Part shown: one piece after another, positions 10,044 to 19,900 of the stretch | How the letters are laid out: each line of letters begins with the position of its first letter | Numbering within the stretch: position 1 is the stretch's first letter | IMG/VR virus record: IMGVR_UViG_3300045988_114508 | Location: 67,938 to 131,937 of that record | DNA: 64,000 bases | Strand: one strand, 5' to 3' | Origin: a virus | Notes under the pieces: model-generated | What the model was told of the DNA's origin: nothing | Database searches by the model: none | The model's input: the letters and a program-made list of their open reading frames with translations, nothing else | Translations under genes and position numbers: made by a program

Positions 10044-10601
10044 AAGCTACGTTAATGTATTTGGATGATCCGGATGCTCCCGAAGGAGTAGCCTTTATAA
10101 GATGGCTTGCCGTGCAAGATTACCTCGGCGAAAAAATAAACTGGAAGGATCTGACCTGAGATCCAGACCCAGGTCCTTCCGGTGGTGCGGGAGCCATAGT
10201 AAAAAATATGATTCCCGCATTCCCGTTTTTCCCGTTTGGAAAAAAAGAATAAAAATGTTATACCGGTCGGCGGGCAATAGAATACCCGTGGCCGGTTTGT
10301 TTCACATAACTTTTTTTTGACATGAATATAGCACACGAATCTAAATCGAATAAAACCCCATTGTATTTAATAGGAGAGTTGATTGGCGTACCGAATACAG
10401 TTATGGACTCAGCATTGCATGAACTGAAAGATAGAATAGACAAAGACCCTAAATATAAAGATGTTAAAAATTGGCTCGAATCTTTACCCAAGATCTGAAC
10501 CTATTTTTTTTCAATACCAGGCCCGATGCGATTTTAACGTATCGGGTTTTTATTTTAATTCATATTGTTTTATTTTAAATCTAATTAATTCATGAATGTC
10601 G

Positions 10602-10609
10602 TACTTTTG
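10602..10609 (+). promoter_or_regulatory. Bacteroidetes-type -7 promoter box TACTTTTG
   Basis: exact TAnnTTTG match 18 nt upstream of ATG 10627. Confidence 0.4.
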
Positions 10610-10626
10610 TTGAAAAAGTATTTTTT

Positions 10627-10854
10627 ATGGAAAATAAGGAAGATTACGTTGGTTACGAAGATCAAGAACTGTGTAACCGGTATTACAAAGAGGCTGAAGC
10701 CATGAGGCAAAAGCAGGACTGGTCTCGGCTTAGGGCCGTTCCTGCTCCGGCTAAGGGAACGCCATCGCCCGGCTGGGGTCAGCTTGGACGTGGAAATGAT
10801 GTCCGTGTTAAGTATGTTAGCATCAATTCAGGATTAGGAGGAGATAGGTTATGA
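10627..10854 (+). CDS. hypothetical protein (75 aa)
   Basis: ORF immediately after a -7 box; stop overlaps the next start (ATGA). Confidence 0.4.
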   Translation: MENKEDYVGYEDQELCNRYYKEAEAMRQKQDWSRLRAVPAPAKGTPSPGWGQLGRGNDVRVKYVSINSGLGGDRL

Positions 10855-11066
10855 CTGTAGAAGAATTGGCTAATAAAAGATACGGTGGCGAATTTGTTTT
10901 CATGTTTGGTCATCTTGAAGGTAGAACAAGATTCGTTTTTGAATGCTTTGATCCCAGACCTGATCACGAAGGTAAAAACACTTATATGGTTTCCTATTTT
11001 GATAAGGGACTTCGTAGAAGAGATGTGGTAGATATGCCGTGTTATATGAATATTTTGCCAAAATAA
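10851..11066 (+). CDS. hypothetical protein (71 aa)
   Basis: start overlaps the upstream stop; its stop overlaps the next ATG (TAATG). Confidence 0.4.
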   Translation: MTVEELANKRYGGEFVFMFGHLEGRTRFVFECFDPRPDHEGKNTYMVSYFDKGLRRRDVVDMPCYMNILPK

Positions 11067-11269
11067 TGGAAACATTAATCTTAGATGTACCTGTATTTTC
11101 CGGTAAGATTATTTCTCCTATCTGGATTAAAGCCGTAAGAGATTTTCAATCCAAATCGAAGACAGAAAGAGACTCGTATTGTTTGATTTGTGGATGTACA
11201 GGAGGGTGTAACTTGTGCGATGATATAAGTAAATATAGGATTTCAGAACAATTAAAATATTACAAATAA
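11066..11269 (+). CDS. small Cys-cluster protein (CLICGCTGGCNLCDD)
   Basis: ATG 11066 (METLILD...) inside track ORF 11039; CxxCxC...CxxC cluster. Confidence 0.35.
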   Translation: METLILDVPVFSGKIISPIWIKAVRDFQSKSKTERDSYCLICGCTGGCNLCDDISKYRISEQLKYYK

Positions 11270-11344
11270 TGGAATTAAAAGATTCAGTCAGGGTAATGAC
11301 TAAAGAAGAGTTCGAATCAGCAATCAACGAAGATATTAAATTCG

Positions 11345-12001
11345 TTGAAGGAATTAAGCATTTTTTTTAAACATGATGATGCTACGAGGGTAATGGAACA
11401 CGTAAAGTCCGTGTTAGAGGCATCAGTAGACTACCACTACCCGAATCATCCTGAACCTGAAGCAGAACCTGGAGACATGGGAGAGGTTTCTGATGGATAC
11501 CATACTTTCAATGAATTGTATCGGTACCGCATGTTGTATAACGCCGCCTTCTTTAATCTATTAGCCAGAAACGGACAGGTTGAAGTTTGCAAATCAAGGA
11601 GACACAGCGATGGAGAAAAATGCTTCGGTTCTGATGATTGGTTTATTGTGATGGCGATCCTACCTACCGGTCAGGTATCTAATCACTATGAAAGCAAATA
11701 CTGGGATTTGTTTGATGTTCCTGAAAGAGAAACCGCTTTCGAATACGATGGCCATACACCAAATGAAGCTGCCGACAGACTTAAAAAGTATCTCAAACTG
11801 CCTCGTCGTGGCATGACATTCGAACAGGCTTTAGAACGGCTTAAATTAGGTCGTAAGATAAAAAGAATTGATTGGGGTAAAAAGTATATCTGTATGTTTG
11901 ACGTAAATATATTGATGGTAGATACAGGTCAAAAAGTAGCATCAAATTGGAATCCAACCGAACATGATATTATGTCTAATGATTGGGAGATTGCAGGATG
12001 A
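11345..12001 (+). CDS. two-domain protein with C-terminal DUF2829 (Tad2-like) domain; N-terminus possibly extended from 11270 across a T8 run
   Basis: C-terminal MTFEQALERLKLGRKIKRIDWGKKYICMF resembles the DUF2829 N-terminal signature (M.F.eAlealK.Gkkv.R.gW.gk); ORF 11270-11368 (MELKDSVRVMTKEEFESAINEDIKFVEGIKHFF*) becomes in-frame with this ORF if the T8 run at 11359-11366 were T7. Confidence 0.45.
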   Translation: MKELSIFFKHDDATRVMEHVKSVLEASVDYHYPNHPEPEAEPGDMGEVSDGYHTFNELYRYRMLYNAAFFNLLARNGQVEVCKSRRHSDGEKCFGSDDWFIVMAILPTGQVSNHYESKYWDLFDVPERETAFEYDGHTPNEAADRLKKYLKLPRRGMTFEQALERLKLGRKIKRIDWGKKYICMFDVNILMVDTGQKVASNWNPTEHDIMSNDWEIAG

Positions 12002-12204
12002 GTTTGTTTGTTTGTTCAAAATGTGGCTGTATAGATAATACAGCCACATCATATTATTGGGCTCTTATAAGACCTTGTAAGAATCGTATTTACGATAAGT
12101 CGCTAAAGGGATATGAAGGCAAGCCTCTTTGTTCTGAATGTGCCGCTATTGAATATAGTAAGGGGGGGGGGAGAAGTGGTAGTTCCTGGAACGTGGCATG
12201 GTAA
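11998..12204 (+). CDS. Zn-ribbon protein (CSKCGC...CSEC) carrying an internal G10 homopolymer
   Basis: ATGA overlap with the upstream stop; four Cys in two CxxC pairs; G10 tract at 12165-12174; removing one G gives a longer, more protein-like C-terminus (…VVPGTWHGKFKKGMAY). Confidence 0.4.
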   Translation: MSLFVCSKCGCIDNTATSYYWALIRPCKNRIYDKSLKGYEGKPLCSECAAIEYSKGGGRSGSSWNVAW

Positions 12205-12278
12205 GTTCAAGAAAGGAATGGCCTACTGAAGAAGAAAAGAAGCATATTGGTAAAAACGGTATTTTAAATATGTAAATT

Positions 12279-12584
12279 ATGTGTGATAAGGAAATTGTTG
12301 TATGCGCAGCTATATGGGTTCAAGATCACAAGAACAAGCCTCACGGTCCAGTAAATATACCATCTGGAACCGTATTTTGTGGATTGAGACACTGTTCCAT
12401 AATATCGCAACTTGCGGCATACGGAATAGCCCATAAAAACCGCAGTGTTCAAGGATTTTTGACAAGCAAGAATCGGTTTCTAACAAGAGAGGAGGCATCT
12501 GCTCTTGTTAAGAGCAATAATCAGGAAATGGTAGTAGATAGGAGTGCCATTAGAGAACAATTGTATTCAGAAGATCTATATTAA
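12279..12584 (+). CDS. hypothetical protein (101 aa)
   Basis: ORF in a co-oriented small-gene array. Confidence 0.4.
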   Translation: MCDKEIVVCAAIWVQDHKNKPHGPVNIPSGTVFCGLRHCSIISQLAAYGIAHKNRSVQGFLTSKNRFLTREEASALVKSNNQEMVVDRSAIREQLYSEDLY

Positions 12585-12601
12585 CTAAAAAACAAAACAA
12601 C

Positions 12602-12955
12602 ATGGGGTTTAAAATCAAAAAGTCAATCACTTATGATATGATGGACGACAGTCGGGTAGAGTACGAATTTGATAATACCAATGATTTAAATCATATCATA
12701 TTTAAAGGTAATTGTAGAGAACCTTTTTCATTCAGCAGAGTACTTGTTGAAGAATTAATTAAGACATTTGAAACCATACGGGATAGATACTCTGATAATT
12801 ATGAACTTAAGGTCTATCTTTACAATTGTATAATTCAACTGAGCGTAAATCCAAAGGATCCCAGTGAATCCTTTTTTGGCGTATATGATAGAGATGAGAT
12901 GAAATTGATATACGGAATAAAGATCAGTATTCTGAAAGGAATGTTTGGCATATGA
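12602..12955 (+). CDS. hypothetical protein (117 aa)
   Basis: ORF; stop overlaps the next start (ATGA). Confidence 0.4.
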   Translation: MGFKIKKSITYDMMDDSRVEYEFDNTNDLNHIIFKGNCREPFSFSRVLVEELIKTFETIRDRYSDNYELKVYLYNCIIQLSVNPKDPSESFFGVYDRDEMKLIYGIKISILKGMFGI

Positions 12956-13269
12956 TGACTAAACAAGATATACAAGCAGCAGCATCGTATGTTTTCCGAA
13001 GCAGTTTTGTCTCGGAGGACCAGACAAGGAAAACAATGGTAAAAGCCGGCAATAACGCTACCAAGATCCTCGTCAAGACCTTTAGAGGCAAATTGTTCAA
13101 GAAAGCTTTTGAAAGAGCCCGTAGAGGAAAGGATATCAGTTCTTTTGAAAGACAGGAAAAAGAAAGTGGTTTCAATTTTCTTTACAATCCTAATAATGGT
13201 CGTATGCAAAGCGGTCATATTATAATAGATGGAATTGGTCTGTTTAAACAAATAATTCATGAAAGGTAA
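12952..13269 (+). CDS. hypothetical basic protein (105 aa)
   Basis: ORF; Lys/Arg-rich. Confidence 0.4.
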   Translation: MMTKQDIQAAASYVFRSSFVSEDQTRKTMVKAGNNATKILVKTFRGKLFKKAFERARRGKDISSFERQEKESGFNFLYNPNNGRMQSGHIIIDGIGLFKQIIHER

Positions 13270-13478
13270 AAAAGTTGATATTCGTTTAGGCAGAGGTCTG
13301 GCGAATCAGATTAAGATAAACAAAACCATCCCAGTGTCTCATAAACCAAAAGAAGAACGTCGAATGATGTTTGTTTGTGGTGATGATATTGCTTCTCTTA
13401 TAAAGCGGTTTGAAAATGAATCAAAGTAATATAAAGTCGGACATGTGTCTTGTCCGACTTTTTTTATATATTTGTGGC

Positions 13479-13802
13479 ATGGCAAGAGGTTATTATTGGA
13501 TACCACAAACAGATGAAACGTTAAATAGCAGAAGCTATTACGTGGCTAAGATAGTAGGAGATATCACGTTTGATACTAAACGAAAAAGAATAGTGTTTCA
13601 AACTACCAGGTATTTCCCAGTAGGCTCCGTATTCCATTTTACTCACAACTGCTTTAAATACGTCATAACCTGCCGGCTCCGTAAGCCGGGGCTGTGGTAT
13701 GAGGCAAGGAGGGAAGACTGCGGACCTATTGGACCGGATGATGTGGAAAGGTTCGAATCAGGAAGGTTTATTCATAGAAATGGGTACAAATATAATGCGT
13801 AA
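13479..13802 (+). CDS. hypothetical protein (~107 aa from ATG 13479; track ORF from 13410)
   Basis: ORF; start uncertain. Confidence 0.35.
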   Translation: MARGYYWIPQTDETLNSRSYYVAKIVGDITFDTKRKRIVFQTTRYFPVGSVFHFTHNCFKYVITCRLRKPGLWYEARREDCGPIGPDDVERFESGRFIHRNGYKYNA

Positions 13803-13856
13803 GCGTAACTTGACGATTTACGTCAGATTATAATTATTTTTTTCATATGTATATTA

Positions 13857-13892
13857 AGCCGTCAGACTGGGAAGTTAGACGGCTTTGTTTTT
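13857..13892 (+). terminator. rho-independent terminator
   Basis: AGCCGTC-N14-GACGGCT stem followed by TTGTTTTT. Confidence 0.55.
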
Positions 13893-13913
13893 ATCATGTG
13901 CCTGATTTTTAAT

Positions 13914-13921
13914 TACCTTTG
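13914..13921 (+). promoter_or_regulatory. Bacteroidetes-type -7 promoter box TACCTTTG
   Basis: exact TAnnTTTG match 22 nt upstream of ATG 13944 of the 2148-aa gene. Confidence 0.4.
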
Positions 13922-13943
13922 TGTCAAAACAAAATAAATTCTT

Positions 13944-16900
13944 ATGGCGTCAACGTGTATTATTAAAAGAGATAATAAAAAGAAAGTTGTTTCTGTCTCT
14001 ACCAGATCAGGGGACAGGTCTATGTTGTTTGATAAAATAGCATCTGTTCCCCTTATGGAGAATAGGGAACGGGCTACTACTGTTTTTAAAACCGTATTTT
14101 CTAATAAGTTCTTAAAGGCTTTTGGCGACTGGAGAAAGAGAGTGCCTATCAACAAACAGGCCTACAATAAGGTGAAATCCAACATCGATCTTATTCCGGA
14201 AGCCTATAGAGAAAGGGTACTGGATAAGGCTTCTAAGATGAGTAATCCTGTTCTTGTGTCAAAATCAGATGCACCTTATGAAATCCAAGAATCGGGCTTT
14301 GGATTTTACAGCCAAGATCTGGGTGATAATATTATGTTGGTGGATGCTATGGTCCCGTCAAGTATTTCCGTACCGGAAGGACCGGGAATAGACGCCGGGC
14401 AGTATCTACAAGATGCTATATCTTCGGACTTCACTCCCGTATCTATGGTACAGGATAAGGGTGTTAATTATATGGTTATAAAGGACGGTCTTAAGATATT
14501 TAGCCCAGAAGAGTTACCAGAAACAGATTCTAATCCTGTGGGTGTAACGTATCAGACCGGAGAGCCTCGTTTGTTTTTCATGAACGATCGTAGTCAATTA
14601 TTTGAAGATTACGGAGAAGCTCTTCGCTCTGGCGGTAATGATATTAGAATAGGATTCTTATCAGGCACCGTTCAAGAATCCACCGTGGATGGCGTGGCAG
14701 ACATTACTTACAAGGCTGGGAAGTATGTTCTTAATAATCCCAAGTCTTTTATACCGGTCATGACCGCTTCTGCTTCTACTTCTTTATCAACAAAAGGTGG
14801 TATAATTAACTACCTTATAAAGAAAGGTCTTTTGTCAGGATCTAAGATATTCGATCCTGAAACAAGAAGCTATTATCTTACAGGAGAAGGTCATACAGGA
14901 CAAATTAGACTTTTCAATTCAGCCTTATCATACACTGAGCTCCGTAATCATTTTGGTTCCGATGTTTCCATGAACGACCAGGGTATGATAACCATAAGCT
15001 CGTTGGATAACAGTAAGGTAACTATGAGACTTGCCACCGGAGGAACGGAAAGGGTTAGTAGGGAACAGATAAAGAACGATCTTAAGTCAGGAAGATACAA
15101 TGAATTGGACGCCAAGTACGATCATTTTGATGCGCTTGTAGTTTCATTCATATTAGAAGACAACGATCTTTATGCTGATACTAAAGCTAAGATCGTATCA
15201 GATTATAGCAGGCAGGAACGTGACCAACGAAATTCTATTGTCGAGATACTGAAAACTCTTGGCGTTAGCGTCATAGGTATGACCGATTATATAGAGAAGT
15301 ACCAAACCAAATACGGGCACGAGCCTTCTGCTAAGGCATTGGCGGATATTGCCAATAACGTAATAGCAGTTGGTGAAGATGCTACTTTATCTGATTTAGT
15401 AGAAGAAACAGCCCACTTCCTTGTAGAGGCATACAGAGATCAGAATGCTGTTGAGGCTGTTCTGCAAGATGTAGAAGGTACGGAAGAGTGGAACCAGTAT
15501 GCAGGTCAGTATTATAATACATACGGTAAAGTATATGAAGGAGCTGAGCTTGATAATGCCGTTAGGAGAGAAATTCTTGGAAAGATCCTTGCCAGGGAGA
15601 TGCAGACCGGCACAGCACAGGCTCCGGTAGAGCCCACCTCCTTCCTGGGGCGCGTCCGGCAGCTTTTCTATGGAATCGTAAGCTGGCTTAAATCAGCTTT
15701 ATCAACCCAAAGACAGGATTTGAATAACGTTATTAAAAACATTCGTGATCTTGCCATTACTGACATAGATAAAGGATTTGACACCTCTCTGTTAAAGGAT
15801 AATGACTTTACATTATACTCTCTTTCTTCTATGAACAAGAACAAGTTTCTTGAGTCCAAGATCAGATCACTAAGAAAAACATTAAGAGACTTACGTCAGA
15901 TAAGCTCTGATAGGGCTGTAACTACGTCTATGACCCTTGCTCAGCTTAAGATCATAGAAGATAAGATAAATAAGGTAGAGACCGAAATAGACAAGAATGA
16001 GATGGCGGCTGCCATGAACAGCATGATCTCCACAGCCGAAGCTCAGGTCAGATACTTAAGTAATGTGGTGAACACCATCCTTCATGGTGATACCAAAGAC
16101 GGCAAGCTTCACTTCAATACCAATGATCGAAAGAACGTAGATATTATCAACAATCAGGTTCTTCCGATCATGAACGATCTTCGAGGATATATCCGTAACA
16201 GAAGTACCGAATTTGATGAACGTGAAAAGCAGGATTATACAAATAGGATCAATACCGTCATTGCCGACATCAATGGTGTTCAGTCTGATATTAAATCAGT
16301 ACAAGACCTTGATGAAAGTACGTTGCTTGATAAGTTAATGAACGAACTTCATGTGCCGGCAGATAAGGTAAAGAGAGTAAAAGAATTTTTCGACAAGGTT
16401 CAACACGATGTTTCTTGGATAAGTAGGTGGTTTGGTATATTAGAGCATTCTTCCAGTCCGTTCAATAACGCTCTTGGAGCTATGATTGCCAAAGACAATT
16501 ACAATGCGATGGTGAATGCCCAGCCCGCCATATCCGACTTCCTGGCATATGCTAAAAAGCATGGTTTTAACAAATCTGAATTTGAAAAACTGCTTCAGAA
16601 AGTAGACGGCAAAACTTCTAATTACCTTCGTAGTGCTCTTGATATGGCTAAATACGATCGTAATAAGAAGCTGGCGCAGATGCGAGCGTTTGCGACTGCC
16701 ATGAACATAGAGATATCAGAAGAAGAAATCAATGATGTGGTTGACAATAACCGTAATTACGTATTTAAAAGAGAAGTAGTTGACAAGGATGGAAATACGG
16801 TTACTGAAAACGCTAAATTCAAACCATCGTCTGATAGAGTTAATACCGATATTTTTACCATCGAGCAGGAAAAGATCTATACGGAACAGATGGAAAAGTG

Positions 16901-19900
16901 GGATGCTGAAAATTCGGAACTGGAATTTAGCGAAAGTTATGCCACAAGAATGGAATCCATATACAAAAAGGCTGAAGAAGAATTAGGGCATCCAGTTTCT
17001 CAAACAACCAAAGAATATCTTAATGCTCTATCCCGGCAAAAACGGATATTGAGGCAGCCTTTTATTGATAGCGGTGGTAATTTTGATGAGGTTGCCTATT
17101 TTAAAAGCAGCAATTACGAAGAAGAAGGACTGCTTCGTAAACAACGTAAGGAAGCAGCTTCAGAATACATATATGTAGGAACCAGGAGAGTGGAAAAAAC
17201 CGGCGACCAACTTAAGATGGCCAAAGAAATACAAGCTATAAATGAAGTTTGGAGAAAGGAATCAAATAATGTCACTAATGCCGTATCAGAATCGTTTTTG
17301 CAAAAATTAAGAACGATTCAGAGCGAGTCAGGAGGAGAAGCTGCGCTGAAGACACTTATGTTGGGAGGTCACCTGTCATTTAATGATCGGTTTTGGAATG
17401 ATGTAGAATCGGAACAGTCGGCACGTACCGAATCAAATAACAAGGCTTCGTATCTTAAAATGGCGCATGATATCATTAGCTCTACGACAAGTGATAGAGA
17501 TGCGACTGACGTGGATTCTGTTGTGAAAGATATAGAAAAAAATAAGGCTATTATCAAGGAAATAATCGGAAACAATCGCGATGTGGCTGATATCGGAGAA
17601 ATTAATGAAGCGACATTTACCTTATCTGAAAGAGATGCTTTTAGGGCCGCATCTGAAGCTATTGAAGCCGATTACGCTATTTTGATAGATTATGCTAAGA
17701 TGGTGGGTCTTGAAGATATTGATAAGTACCTTACTAAAAGCAGTAAGGCTGAAAACGAAGTAAATCAGTCTTATTTAAATGCTCTTGCTGACTCCAAGGA
17801 AGTAGAATGGAAGTTCGTACAACGTCATACTACGGCGAAGAAAGCAAAAAGGATTCAGGCTTTAAGGGATAAGCTGTTTAAGGCTGCTGATAACCGATAT
17901 CTGTTTACCGTATCTGAAACCAACTACCTGTCAGAAAAGCTTGGTATAAGCAAAGAATTAGACGGTAGAGATTTTAGGAATGCTGTTAATGCTAAGATGG
18001 CCAGCTTATTTTTAAATAATACAAGGGAAGAGGGTATAGAAGCTGACATAAAAGCGGGCATAGAAGAAGCTAATGCTATTGTTAATGAATTTGCCAGGAG
18101 CCAGGTCTTTTCGTACTATAAACGCATGGCGCCTACCGGATATGCGGCTATGATCGACAAAATCGGTCGAGGTGAGATAGATGTAGCGCAGATGGTTAAG
18201 GACGTACAAAACGGTACATCCACCCAAGATTATGGCATGGACATATCATACCTGTCTTTCGATCCTGCAAGGGCATGGGTGGCTGAATCTGAAGCCGAAA
18301 ATAGCGGCCGTAATCCTGATTATGTAAAAGATCATGGGTATGGTCATCGCATGCCTAAGAAAAGCCTGTATCGTGATGAATCGTATTTCAATGACTTTGG
18401 TATCAAGTATGATGCTGACGGTAATGAAGTTGCTACTAAAAACGTAGAGCAGTGGAATATGATTCAAAAACTCAAGGAAATAAAAAGACAATCCCTTGAT
18501 CTATACAAAGAGCAGAGCCCGAACCTGTATGCTATTCCACAGATATCAAAACAAGATATAGAACGTATAGAAGGATTGGGTATTAACTTCAAAAATACGG
18601 TTCGTAATTTTGTATCAGATCTGTGCCTGGACAGAGTAGACGATTCTCTATACGGTAAAACCAGACAAGGGGAAGTGTATGATCCGGAAGACAGACTTAG
18701 GTCTATACCTAAATACTACATATATGAATTGGAGAACCAAGATGATGTATCTCACGATTTTGGCTACTCTTATTCGATGCTTATGATGCAGTCATCGTTA
18801 TACAACGAAAAGCAGAAGTCTATAGAGCTCGCTCAAGGACTGGAGCAGATGTTGCTGAACAAACAATTTGAAGGCGGTAAGAAGGCTGAAGCAACCCAAG
18901 CATATCAGATGTTCAGGGACTTCTTCAACGATCATTATTATGGCATTAGGATGAACACCAAAAAACTTACGGTGAACATCGGAGGATATACGGTAGACCT
19001 TACAAGAATTATGATGGCTGTTGAAAGATTTATGTCGGTCATGAACTTGGCACTGTCTCCGTTTGTGGCAGCTACCGGCGCCCTGACAGGTCATATCAAC
19101 CTCATCATGGAATCTGCCGTAGGACAGTATATAAGCAAAGACTCCCTTAAATACGCATCGGCTGAATTTTCACGCCTTGCTCCATCTTGTATAGCAGAAA
19201 CCGGAGACATAGATAGGAAAAGCAAATTATATGTCATAGGTGAGAGAATGGGGATATTCAATATCCGAAATCGTATGTATGGTGCCGGATACAATAGAGC
19301 GGCCAGGACCTTAATGCGTTCGCCTATGTATGCTTTTATGGAAATCCTGAACTACCCTCTTGATCCGCAGGTTATGATTGCTACTATGGACAATGTTCGT
19401 TATTACAAAGGTCGGTTCTACACGTTCCAAGATTTCAAGATGGAAAAAGAACGTAATAAAGAACAGAGTACCATAAAAAGAGAATGGAACGCATTAAAAG
19501 ATCGTACTTTATGGAGTATGGTAGACGTCGTGGATGGGAAGGTGGTTGTAAAGCCCGGATCAGGTGTTACTGTTGAGGAAGTTGAAACCCAGATGGCTAT
19601 AACCAGGAATCAAGTCCGTAGCTTGTCGCAGATATGTAACGGATCTTTGAATGAAGAAAACCGAACTGCCGCATCGCGCAACTGGATAGCCAGGTTCATG
19701 ACCGCCCACCGAGGATGGTTGGTGCTGGCGGCTCAACGTCTGTGGAAAAGACGTGGCTTCAATTTCCAGACAATGCAAGAAGAGGAAGGGTTGTCAATTA
19801 CGTTAAAGAATATGATAGCCAAAACATTTAGCCTGGCTTCCGAGTCTGGTATGAAAAACATCATAGATGTCTGGAATGAAAATAAAGACAATATGAATGA

